DNA from: Octopus bimaculoides
Taxonomy: Eukaryota
Assembly (NCBI RefSeq): GCF_001194135.2
Contig: NC_068983.1
Coordinates: 75,957,211-75,997,465, forward strand
Direction of reading: 5' to 3'
DNA length: 40,255 nucleotides
Part shown: positions 1 through 10,820 of the stretch, in pieces
Layout: the number at the start of each line of letters is the position of its first letter
How positions within the stretch are numbered: position 1 is the first letter of the stretch
The notes under the pieces: generated by a model
Databases searched by the model: none
What the model was told of the DNA's origin: nothing
Seen by the model: the letters and a program-made list of their open reading frames with translations, nothing else
Position numbers and translations under genes: made by a program

Positions 1-180
1 TACAGCCTGAACAGGATAAACTACCGCTAGTTTGCAGAAAAAAGTGTAGGTGGTTAGCTGTAGACTCGAACTCACATCTCCGTGATTACGCGTAATCATG
101 GAGATGTGAGTTCGAGTCCACAGCTAACTACCTACACTTTTTTCTGCAAAATAGGGGTAGTTTATTCTGTTCAGGCTATA
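1..180. repeat. Spacerless near-perfect palindrome with 90-bp arms; each arm resembles the 3' half of a tRNA
   Basis: Base-by-base pairing of 1-90 with 91-180 gives 83/90 Watson-Crick pairs, 3 G.T and 4 mismatches. The centre is GATTACG|CGTAATC, and the right arm carries the B-box-like GAGTTCGAGTCC. Confidence 0.9.
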
Positions 181-315
181 TTATTAGCATTATCCTGTGA
201 TTGAGAATTTAAAATCACTTCTTTAACTTTCTAAGACATCTCAACGCTTCTAAAAAAGCAAACTTCATTTGTTTGTTTGCGTTTGTCGTAATTTGAATTT
301 AACATATATATATAT

Positions 316-572
316 ACACTCACTCATACATACACTCGCTCTTACACACACGTGCATACCAACACGCACACACACGTATATATATATATATATATATGCT
401 TATCTTATTGTTTAAGACAAGAATAACTACAAAGCTCCATAGCGAACTCAACGCCTCGAAGGAGGAGTAATTACATAACGTAAATTTGATTGCGGAAGTT
501 GTATTTATGCCCCTTTCCCTTTAAGCACTTGTACTTTTGTTTCTCTCTTTACAAGTTCATTATGTTGATTTA
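316..572 (+). repeat. Diverged direct repeat, copy A1 (partner 1608-1824)
   Basis: Shares blocks CATACACTCGCTCTTACACACAC, AAGAATAACTACAAAGCT, TCAACGCCTCGAAG, TTACATAACGTAAA, ACTTGTACTTTTGTTTCTC and AGTTCATTATGTTG with A2. Confidence 0.85.
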
Positions 573-639
573 AATAGCAATTGTTCATTCAACTTTGCTG
601 TTTCGAAATTTTTGAACCGAAAATATATTTTATAGGAGG

Positions 640-640
<1 letters not shown>

Positions 641-717
<77 letters not shown>
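641..717. repeat. (CA)n microsatellite
   Basis: Directly visible pure dinucleotide run. Confidence 0.97.
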
Positions 718-721
<4 letters not shown>

Positions 722-723
<2 letters not shown>

Positions 724-1050
724 TTCTTAAATGTACTCAAGTTATGAACAATTCAATATTACCTTGTGAAAGGTATTTTGTCGGAGAAATTTAAATGAAT
801 TTCCGGAAGACAGTTTATTCTGCACAAGGTCAGTAGTTGGCCCAAATTTTCTTGTGTAACAATTATTTCTAAAAGAAGGCACTTCACTAACAAAATTTTA
901 TGAAAATTGGTTCGTTGATGCGGTAATTGCCTGGGTCATCATAAGACACCATATTTGTTTCATATGTAAAAAGATTGTGAAAATATCGCTCATTGGTTTA
1001 TCTACTGTCAGCGATGCATGACGATGATGATTGCAAGTTATATCAATTAA
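722..1050 (-). repeat. Diverged inverted repeat, arm B1 (partner about 2230-2545)
   Basis: TTTTATGAAAATTGGTTCGTTGATGCGGTAAT is the reverse complement of ATTACCGCATCAACGAACCAATTTTCATAAAA near 2342-2373, and the flanks align with gaps. Confidence 0.8.
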
Positions 1051-1607
1051 CAGTGTCAATCTCACACATCTATTTCTATCTTTTACGTTATAAATGGTTT
1101 TAAATTTCCAGAGGCTCCACTCTCTCTTGTACGACTGATTGATATAAAGGTGAGACAAGTATAAAAATCACATATATGTGTATGTCATTTGGTACAAAAG
1201 CATTAGAGTAGTCTACAAACCAAAGGATATGAGAAGGTGGTGTAGAGGTAGGTGGGGTAACTTGTATTACAACTGACATATCTAGAACTAGCTACGATTT
1301 CTAATGCTGTTACACAAAAGTAGTACACTCTCTGATGTACATTAATTCCATAAGTAATGAAATATCTTATGTGGGTTTAAGTTCAAACATAATTTCTGTT
1401 AAGACCTTAGATGCAATTCTAAAAAGTGAATGGAGAATTGCTTTTAGGTCAATACCATGACGTGCTCGTAATGTGAGAAACAGAAACATAACTTTGCAAT
1501 AGATAACATTGTAATTCAATATCTTAATCATCCATAAGAATGGTGTTTGACATAATGACACACTCACTCATACATATAATGACACACTCACTCATACACA
1601 TAATGGC

Positions 1608-1824
1608 ACACTCACTCAGACATACACTCGCTCTTACACACACACACACACACATGCACAGAAATAATAAGAATAACTACAAAGCTTGATAGGGAATTCA
1701 ACGCCTCGAAGATGGAGTAGTTACATAACGTAAAGTTGATTGGAACAGTTGTATTTATGTCTTTCTCTCTTTAAAACTTGTACTTTTGTTTCTCCTTTTA
1801 CTAGTTCATTATGTTGTTGATTTA
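1608..1824 (+). repeat. Diverged direct repeat, copy A2, preceded by about 3 copies of a ~24-bp unit (TAATGACACACTCACTCATACA(C/T)A, about 1553-1620)
   Basis: Colinear with 316-572; the tandem unit is visible directly. Confidence 0.85.
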
Positions 1825-2229
1825 ACATTGTATTTCAATATTTTAATTCATAAGAATGGTGTACGACACAATCAGTTGGTGTTTCAGGCACAATACTTTG
1901 TGGTGTTTAGCTATATATGTATCATTACATTCTGAGTTCTAGTTTCATCTAGGTCAACTACTTTTTACCATCCGATATCGATAAATTATATACCAGTTAT
2001 GTACAAGAGTGGATATAGTCAACTGTTTCCTTCCTCAAATTTTGTGGCCTGGTGCTTAAGTAATAGATTAATATTTTATTCATTTCGTATTTCGATTCTG
2101 CTCAATAGTATCAATATCAAATTACTGTTAAATAATCACTTACACTAATGTAATAGTCTTGCATTTAATATCAACTACAGACGTCATAAACTTTCATTTA
2201 ATCTCTGATGTCTTTGAACAACAGGACGA

Positions 2230-2545
2230 AATTGATATAACGACACTACATCTATCATCACCGTACTTCAGTAGCGATGCTTAAGCAATTTTTCTACCTA
2301 TCAAACCAATAAAAAGTCAAATCGTGTCTTATGACCCAGACATTACCGCATCAACGAACCAATTTTCATAAAATTCTGTTAGTAAAGTGATTTCTTTTAG
2401 AGATAATTTTGATACAAGAAAATTTAGGCCAAATGCTGACCTCGTGCAGAGTGGTCTGGTGTAAGGAAATTCAATTAAGTTTCTCTAACAAACACTTTTC
2501 ACTAGTTAAGATTGAACTATGGATAAGTCGAGTTCACATAAACCA
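2230..2545 (+). repeat. Diverged inverted repeat, arm B2
   Basis: Reverse-complement similarity to 722-1050, for example ACAAGAAAATTT, CTGACCT(C/T)GTGCAGA and GGAAATTCA. Confidence 0.8.
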
Positions 2546-2924
2546 CATTATAAAAGATAATTAGTTATTGTTTGGTCAGAGTTCAATTAAAATAGACCAC
2601 CAATTTAAAAAAAACAAAAACTTTCATATTCATAATTATTCATTTAAAGTTAGCTGTTAGAAGAGAGGAAGCTTGAAAATATTTTGATGAATTTTATAAG
2701 TTTAAAATTATTAAATTGAAAATAGAAGAAATATTAGTCTTATTAAATTTCGTATGGACAATGATGGCATGAGTTCTACTTTGCACACATGAATTCCGTT
2801 GATTTTATGTGTTTCTCTGAATGTAGGTGCGTGCGTTTAATAATATCAACTTATAAGAATGTGCACAAGTCTCTTTCGTGCGATGAAGTTTCATAATATT
2901 CTTTTTACCATAGGAATATGGTCT

Positions 2925-3045
2925 GGGCATTTGGGAATGGGGAGCTATCAATTACATCAACCCCAGTGTTCAACTAGTACTTATTTTATCAAACCCGAAA
3001 AATAAAGCCGACCTCGGCGGAATTTGAACTCAGAACGAACGAAAT
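2925..3045 (-). mobile_element. Partial copy of the octopus-type tRNA-derived SINE
   Basis: CCGACCTCGGCGGAATTTGAACTCAGAAC and TACTTATTTTATC core match the other copies in the window. Confidence 0.8.
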
Positions 3046-3086
3046 GAGTTTTCATCATCAGCAACATATATTCAAGTAAAATAATG

Positions 3087-3130
<44 letters not shown>

Positions 3131-3253
3131 CTAGAGAAAGGACTGGAGTTTATTCCTGAAGTCTGATGTGTAAAATGCAAAAGTCATAAACTGACATAAG
3201 AATATCGCAATACGATATTGCAAATTTTACAACTACACTTCATTAATATATTA

Positions 3254-3284
<31 letters not shown>

Positions 3285-3427
3285 ATTAATCAAAACCATT
3301 TGATTCCGCTCTATGCGACTTCGCTGGCTTCTTACAGAAACTTTAAGTCGCATAGAGCCAAACAAATTGTTTTAAATAATAATAATAATAATAATAACAA
3401 TAATAATAATAATAATAATAATAATAA

Positions 3428-3625
3428 TTGTTTCAAATTTTGCCACAAAAGCAGCAATTTTGGGGGACGGGGTGAGTTGATTACATCGACCTCAGTGTTC
3501 AACTGGTACTTATTTTATCGACCCCGAAAGAATGAAAGGTAAAGCTGACCTCGGCGGAACTTGAACTCAGAACATAGCGACTGGCAAAATACAACTAAGC
3601 ATTTTGCCCGGCCAGCCAATTCTGC
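3428..3625 (-). mobile_element. Near full-length octopus-type tRNA-derived SINE; its (ATT)n tail is the (AAT)n run at 3377-3427
   Basis: The minus strand reads head GCAGAATTGGCTGGCCGGGCAAAATGCTTAG, B-box-like GTTCTGAGTTCAAGTTCCGCCGAGG, core GGGGTCGATAAAATAAGTACCAGT, then ATT repeats. Confidence 0.88.
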
Positions 3626-3994
3626 TGGTTGTATCTATCTGTTTGTTGACATTATTATTTTCTCTTTATCCCAAGTTTTGTTGGAGTTCCTGGAGTCTTG
3701 CATGCGTAGCGAGCTTACTACATGCAACTTACGTTACCATGCTATTCCTTCTTTTCAACTATCTAATACTTTCCTAATTATTCTGGCCATGCCAAAGAGG
3801 CAAACCTTTTGTAACAGTTCTACTAGGCACTCCATTTCAATTTCCTTTATATTCCTCTATGCAACATCAATTATATACAGTTGATGTTGCATGCCCTTTT
3901 AACCCATGAATAGTCAAAGAGGAAGGCGAAAAGACAGATAGATACAACCTTCAATAGCCCAGCTATGGAAAATGAAGAAGGTGAAGGTAGTCCC
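3622..3994 (-). mobile_element. R4/Dong-type LINE 3' fragment with an inverted 5' part: minus-strand 3' end about 3645-3870, plus-strand piece about 3872-3994
   Basis: The minus part encodes VELLQKVCLFGMARIIRKVLDS* plus a 3' UTR, and the plus part encodes VDVACPFNP*IVKEEGEK..RY. Both closely match 5386-5760. Confidence 0.85.
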
Positions 3995-4042
3995 TTTTGC
4001 ATAATTTTTCTTCATGTTCTTTTTGTACTTCATCCTTCGTTT

Positions 4043-4091
4043 ACTATTATTATTATTATTATTATTATCATCATCATCATCATCATCATCA

Positions 4092-4173
<82 letters not shown>
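4043..4173. repeat. Compound (TAT)n(CAT)n(TAT)n microsatellite running into a gap
   Basis: Directly visible. Confidence 0.95.
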
Positions 4174-4670
4174 NNNNNNNNNNNNNNNNNNNNNNNNNNN
4201 NNNNNNNNNNNNNNNNNNNNNNNNNNNNNNNNNNNNNNNNNNNNNNNNNNNNNNNNNNNNNNNNNNNNNNNNNNNNNNNNNNNNNNNNNNNNNNNNNNNN
4301 NNNNNNNNNNNNNNNNNNNNNNNNNNNNNNNNNNNNNNNNNNNNNNNNNNNNNNNNNNNNNNNNNNNNNNNNNNNNNNNNNNNNNNNNNNNNNNNNNNNN
4401 NNNNNNNNNNNNNNNNNNNNNNNNNNNNNNNNNNNNNNNNNNNNNNNNNNNNNNNNNNNNNNNNNNNNNNNNNNNNNNNNNNNNNNNNNNNNNNNNNNNN
4501 NNNNNNNNNNNNNNNNNNNNNNNNNNNNNNNNNNNNNNNNNNNNNNNNNNNNNNNNNNNNNNNNNNNNNNNNNNNNNNNNNNNNNNNNNNNNNNNNNNNN
4601 NNNNNNNNNNNNNNNNNNNNNNNNNNNNNNNNNNNNNNNNNNNNNNNNNNNNNNNNNNNNNNNNNNNNNA
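4174..4670. other. Assembly gap (497 N)
   Basis: N run. Confidence 1.
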
Positions 4671-4957
4671 AAGGGCATGCAACATCAACTGTATATAATT
4701 GATGTTGCATAGAGGAATATAAAGGAAATTGAAATGTAGTGCCTAGTAGAACTGTTACAAAAGGTTTGCCTCTTTGGCATGGCCAGAATAATTAGGAAAG
4801 TATTAGATAGTTGAAAAGAAGGAATAGCATGGTAACGTAGGTTGCATGTAGTAAGCTCGCTACGCATGCAAGACTCCAGGAACTCCAACAAAACTTGGGA
4901 TAAAGAGAAAATAATAATGACAACAGACAGATAGATACAACCAGCAGAATTGGCTGG
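4671..4957 (+). repeat. Inverted near-identical copy of 3612-3898 (R4 3' end plus SINE head stub)
   Basis: Reverse complement of 3612-3898 with about 4 substitutions. ORFs 3561..3884(+) and 4685..5047(-) share a near-identical peptide. Confidence 0.9.
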
Positions 4958-5785
4958 AAAAAATAGATAAGATTGGTTGATGAAAAGAAACCTAAAAAAA
5001 GAGACTGATAGCACTATACTGGCAGTGCAAGACCAAGTTTTGACCACGAACTAGAGGGTCAACCTTAGGAATGAGCGAGTGTCTCCGCTGTATTACATCT
5101 GCCATAAAGTGGATTAAACCGTTGCTCATATCAGTAGCGAATGCCCTAGACTTGCCTAAAACTACCACAAGTTGTGGCGACACGACCAGGTAGAGAAAGT
5201 GCTATATTGGAAACTGTGCAAAAAGTGGGGGCTGGAGAAAGGCAAAACGTGGTATGAGCACAAACCACTGGGAGTGGTGGAGCTGGAGACTAGCAAAATC
5301 CTCTGGGATTTCCCAGTCTAAACAGATCAGGTGCTACATCATAACAGACCGGACCTAGTGGTGGTGGACAAGATGCACCACATATGCTATATAGTTGATA
5401 TTGCATGCCCTTTTAACCCATGAATAGTCAAGAAGGAAGGCGAAAAGATAGATAGATACAACCTTCTTAAGTACGAAATAGCCCGGCTATGAAAAATGAA
5501 GAAGGTGAAAATAGTGCCAATTATTGTTGGGTCCGTGAGAACAGTATCAGAAGGCATCATGGGTACATAAAGGAAATTGGAAAAGAGTGCCCAGTAGAAC
5601 TGTTACAAAAGGTTTTCCTCCTTGGCATGGCCAGAATAATTAGGAAAGTATTTGATAGTTGAAAAGAAGGAATAGCATGGTAACGTAGGCTGCAGGCAGT
5701 AAGCTCACTACACATGTAAAACTCCAGGAACTTATGATAAAGAGAAACTTATGATAAAGAGAAAATAATAGTGATAATAATAAAT
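4958..5785 (+). mobile_element. R4/Dong-clade non-LTR retrotransposon, decayed C-terminus (zinc knuckle and restriction-like endonuclease), 3' UTR and AAT tail
   Basis: Hand translation gives WLMKRNLKKETDSTILAVQDQVL, ICHKVD*TVAHISSECP (CCHC-like), KILWDF, HNRPDLVVVDK, IVDIACPF, KIDRY and LLQKVFLLGMARIIRKV. There are multiple stops, the ORF ends with TGA at about 5662, and an (AAT)-like tail lies at about 5763-5783. Confidence 0.9.
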
Positions 5786-5994
5786 GTGTTGGATGCCTTT
5801 TTCTTTCGTTTGTCCATCTACGTTACCATGCGTATACGAATAAGCCGAGCAAGAGGAGACACATGGGATAGGGAATCGCTGAAGAGGTCACAAGATGTGT
5901 GATGAAAGAGCCTTGACAAAGAAACTAAAATGATAATAATAAAACTGAAGTAAAAACCAAATATATATCTAAATATAAATATATGGAAACGTAG

Positions 5995-6310
5995 GGATTA
6001 GAGCCAGAAATAACCTGTAAAATAAAGGGTGCCTTGGGGATTCTTAAAAGGGTATAGATAGATATATAATCAAAACCCACAGCGTTTACATGTATAAACA
6101 ACAAACAGAAAAATAGCATTATTAGGCACTGCGCACTTATTACATAAGATTCCTTCGACACAATACAGACCAGAAAACCAAAACAAAACAGTTATGTAGC
6201 TGAAGCACACAGAACTGTTCAGCTTTGTGTACTGGAAGCATGCAATAAAATAAAATGACTTGTGATAAAAAAAAGAGGATGACTATGAAGAAACTTACAG
6301 AATAATAACA
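5995..6310 (+). mobile_element. R4/Dong-like LINE 3' remnant of a different subfamily
   Basis: GALGILK followed, after a frameshift, by QKIALLGTAHLLHKI at about 6105-6151, matching the LQK.ALLGTA..LRK C-terminal motif. Confidence 0.65.
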
Positions 6311-7339
6311 TGTACTTTTATAGCATCGAATCAATATTGTAGTCTCAATATGAAATAATCGAAAATGAACATAAATGGAAATTTAGACATTTGGTAAGAC
6401 AGAACGATATACACAATGATAACCAATATTGACAAAAGCATTTAATAACAATCGTTGGAATTTGTAACAACAGAAGACCAAGTAGTACTTGTATAGAGAT
6501 ATGCAGAACTGTTATTATTGAATTACATATATATTGACTAAAAAGAGAAAAATTGACACCTCACAAAAAAAAAAAAAAAAAAAAAAATCCTTGCGCAATT
6601 AAATAATGCCATGTTATATCTTTGAAAACATATGACAAAATATATGACATAATTCTATGTTTAAAAAATCTAAAACGATGGCAATGCACTAGAATGTTTC
6701 ATACCAATAATCTGGTTGTCAATTAAAGTAGCAGTAGTAATACAACGTTTATAGCAAAGATTTCTTAAATATACCTAAAATTACAAAAAAAAAATATTGC
6801 CAGCAGATTAAAAGAATATAATAGAACGATGGCAGAAAAACTAATAGATAGACCAAGTTGTTATCATTGTAGAAAGTAGCATCTATTCTAATAGTGATAT
6901 GAATAGAATATAGTGACCTTCGATATGAATTGACAAAGATATTAAACGAGAAATATGTAAGCGTAAAAAAATCAGAAGAGCACATAAATTCTCAGATTAA
7001 ACGAACAATGTTAGACACGCAGAAATGAAGAAGATTAAAACAGAATTCTACGAGCCAATTAGCTTACCATTAACTTGATACCAATATCAATATAATTAGT
7101 TTAATTCTCTTGAAGTTCCAGTAATTAGTTATAGCTTCTATAAAATAAATTCAAATTAAGTTATCTACAGAGATGGGTAAACATAGGAAGTTCATTTAGG
7201 ATTCGGGATTTACCTTAGAAAATATAATTTTGATACGATGTTGCTGTCAGAGATTTCAAGACTAAAGACATTGAATGACACTGAAAACTACTATTAAATA
7301 AAAATTCTTAAAGAAGGGTGTTTACCAGGTTATACATTT

Positions 7340-8030
7340 TGCATTTTAAATTTGATGCTTCAATATCACCTTAACTTTGAATTAACTTCCACCATCTGTA
7401 AATAGTTACGATGTTGAGATGTAACTTACTGTTGTAAGTAGCAGAATTTCTGTAGAACTGACGATAATTTTGACTTGCTGTGCTGGTTTCGAATATTATC
7501 GGGAGTGCGTATTACAGTCATAGTTGTTAATTCAGTATCGTTTATTAATGCACCTATTAATGAGTATTTCTGATCGTGGGCCGGGAAAGAAATGAAATAC
7601 TAGTTGCCTTAAATAAAACCTCCATTTTCCTCAAAAACCGAAACTCAAATCTGGTATTTTCGGGGTATCAGATCTCAGTTCAGTATGAGTAAAAAGGCCA
7701 AATGTAGCGATAATAAATTTATCTCTGGTAATACTGATCTTATATTGTACGACGGCAAGAGAAGGAATCAGCGTAGAATCGACTACACCAATCTCAATAC
7801 TGAGAACCCTCCAGCAGAATTAAATTACATAAGAGAAATATCACATAGTTTAAAACACTCTTCGGAATTTATGTAGCCTCGGATATCTCTGAAATTATTT
7901 TAGTGCATTGGATAAGCATTTCCCCTCTCAAGTCGATATTGTAAGACATTCAATAGACTTACTGTGAAATCTGCGTTTTCAACTACATATAATCTTGCTG
8001 ATAATACAGCAGGGATAATGAGTTTGAAAC
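7340..8030 (+). mobile_element. Highly decayed Penelope-like retroelement (post-RT linker region)
   Basis: About 7900-8020 reads SALDKHFP / SSRYCKTFNRLTVKSAFSTTYNLA across a frameshift, resembling the PLE motif LIDKHFP...KIFNRNTVKVSYS. The upstream extent is uncertain. Confidence 0.55.
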
Positions 8031-8323
8031 TAAAAACTATTAGAAATAACGAATGTACATTTAAATATTCATGTAGCAAATAGCTCTGCTGTAATTAATA
8101 CATCTCTGTCCCAGATAAATGATGATAACAACTCTGCAGTATCCCATCATAGTAATAACTAGAATACTAATAAAATTAATAAGGTTTCTTTCTGATAACA
8201 AATTTAATAGTGTATCTGTAGGAATGATGTTAAATCCCCTTTAAATAATCAATGTCTCAAAAATAGTTTGATACATAAATACTCTCTTAAAACACCTAAA
8301 ATTGCCCATTATTACTTGAGTGT

Positions 8324-8543
8324 AAGGTGGCGAGCTACCAAAATCGTTAGAATGCCGAACAAAATGCTTCGTGGCATTTTGTCTGTATTTACATTCTGCG
8401 TTTAAATTGCATTGAGGTTGACTTTGCATTTCGTCGTTCCAGAGTCGATAAAATAAGTACCAGTTGAACATTGAGGTTAATGTAATCAACGTACACCACC
8501 ATTAAAATTGCTGGCTTTGTGCCAAAATGTGAAAATATTATTA
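8324..8543 (+). mobile_element. Diverged full-length octopus-type SINE
   Basis: Head AAGGTGGCGAGCT..AAATCGTTAG, core GTCGATAAAATAAGTACCAGTTGA, and end GTGCCAAAATGTGAAAATATTATTA. Confidence 0.8.
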
Positions 8544-9809
8544 CGTAAGTGCAACGACATCAACATTCTAACTCATATCGCATACCCATATACTCTCTTT
8601 AAAAATGTCTCAGATGATTTTAGTCGGTGATGTATACAGAGCCTCACTGCTTAAATTCCTTTGAGACTGCAAGTAGAAAAGTATCGATTACTCAATTTCG
8701 AGCTCGATTACAAATAATGCACTTCTATACAAAGAGGGTATAACTGTAACTTGTGCTCAGTAGAAGCGTTAGAAATTCTCAAATGTAGATCTTATTTAAT
8801 TAATCAGCATAATGATTATTGGTTCGTTGCTACCACTTATTCTATTTCTACTTAAACTAACTTAGCTAACTTATATAATTGAAATAATATTAACAGTAGT
8901 GTTTAATCTTCCCTTTTAGTACTCTTTTAATTCTCTCAATTGCCACTCAAATGATTCCTTATGTCATCAACAAATCATTCGTTTTCTAACTACTTTAACT
9001 TTAATGTAATATCAATTGAAATTCAATTAAAGATGACCCAATATTCTAAACTCGAGTACCAAGATGGTGCATGACTTTTTCTGGGGCTCTTTTCCAATAG
9101 TCACATTTTTTATTTGCTTTCTTTATTTTTGTTCCTTTCAAGTCTCATCTCTTTTTCTTTCTTTTTTCTTTTTTTATACATCTATTGCTCCATGTATTGA
9201 CACCGCTGCGACTGTAGTAAACTGCTTCCTCATTGAACTGTCTAGTATTATCTCTTAAATTCCTTTCTCACCATCAATATACATGCTAAAAATTAAATTG
9301 ACAACCTCTGGAGCTGTCAAATCCCATCTTTTGCTGATTTTTAGTTGATCAAATGAAAGAAACTGATATGTCCCTTATCTTCATTACCAATCTGGGGTGC
9401 GTGACCCTTGACGAAATATCTCCATGATTGTGGGTAAACTTGCTGTTTAATTTATTGCTCTGATATTCTGCATGCTACCACCTCCCGCTATATTGGAAAT
9501 TGCTGAAAATATACTGCAGAATGACTACTCTTATTTGATCTAGAAAGATAGTATCACCTATGAATGTATTTGATTTTTAATATGTATAAAGCAATGTGTA
9601 AATTGATGAAATGGTTTCACTAACTATTGAAACGATCGTAACCGCTTAATAAAAACATGTAATACCATCGTCTACATTCCTTCGTTTGTTTACTATTACT
9701 CTCTGCAATGTATGCACCAACCGCTTAATTGGTAAATTTCTCAGATTTACAGTTTGTATAGAAAGACTGCAGATTAAATTAATACAATTGTATATCCATC
9801 TATCTATCA

Positions 9810-9843
<34 letters not shown>

Positions 9844-10725
9844 ATGTATATGTGTATGTGTGTGTGTATGTGTGTGCACGCGCGTGCGTACACAAAATCA
9901 AGGATCTATTAGAAATAGTAGTTGAACCTCTCTCAAATTATACATTACGATTTTAAAAGTGAAGAACATTGAATAATGAAATCTTTACTTCTGAATAAAT
10001 GACGAAATAGCCGTGACTAGAATGTATTTAATGAAAGGCAAGCCCTCTGATAGCAAACCTGTCGTTAAACAACAAAAATAACCCCATATAGTCGCAGCGT
10101 ATATACAGATGTATATTAGTATATTATGACTCTTTCAGTACGAGCTTAAGTTAGTGATTTGTTGATGGCCTGAAGTATATGAAATAAGTTTCCATTGGAA
10201 CGTGAAAGGAAGAAATTATCCATAATAAGACATAGTTTGGCGTTATTGTATCACAAGTGTGAATGTAATATTTTCTATGACAAATCTAGAGAAAATTCAT
10301 TGGAATATTACCAAGCAAAATGCTTATATTTACTTTCCGCAGCTCGTATTAGGAAGCTGTCAGGAAATATGCAAAATCTTCAGTAATAGCTTCTTGCTTT
10401 GAGCTAAGTTTTATTTGAATTTATTAGAAATTGTTTGCTGAAAGGTACATGGGAGTGGACGAATGAATAGTGCGTCTCAGTTCCTTTTCCTGCTTTTCTC
10501 TCTCTCTCTCAGCTATCTTTCTGTGTTTTTTTGTTTTCATTTTACTCTTGTCCTCTCTTCGTCCTCTCTCTATGGTATGCGTAAATGCGTAAATCGGATA
10601 TATTAATTTTTGAAGAATAAAATATCTGCAATTTCCTGTACTTGAGACACTAAATAATGACCGTATCTCGTAAATGAGTGTCATTAAACTTCAGGAGTTG
10701 TGTGCATGTGTATATATATATATAT

Positions 10726-10787
10726 NNNNNNNNNNNNNNNNNNNNNNNNNNNNNNNNNNNNNNNNNNNNNNNNNNNNNNNNNNNNNN
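10726..10787. other. Assembly gap (62 N) inside a (TA)n microsatellite
   Basis: N run flanked by TA repeats. Confidence 1.
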
Positions 10788-10788
10788 C

Positions 10789-10820
<32 letters not shown>

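Noticed and set aside
61-130. Possible tRNA gene
   Set aside because: Only the anticodon loop to T-arm is present; there is no D-arm or acceptor stem.
2401-2460. 60-nt exon-like segment (TTTCTTTTAG ... GTAAGG; frame DNFDTRKFRPNADLVQSGL)
   Set aside because: It lies within inverted-repeat arm B2, and the partner arm lacks the donor, so the signals are probably incidental.
3561-3884. Near-identical peptides from ORFs 3561..3884(+) and 4685..5047(-), suggesting a duplicated small gene
   Set aside because: They are antisense translations of the R4/Dong 3' end within the inverted duplicate.
3914-4712. Long ORFs of 170-250 aa spanning this region, and similar ones at 10.7, 20.2 and 33.3-33.7 kb
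   Set aside because: They are artefacts of N runs and microsatellites.
10342-10383. Acceptor TTTACTTTCCGCAG followed by LVLGSCQEICKIF
   Set aside because: The donor is weak (GTAATA), the length is not a multiple of 3, and there is no other support.
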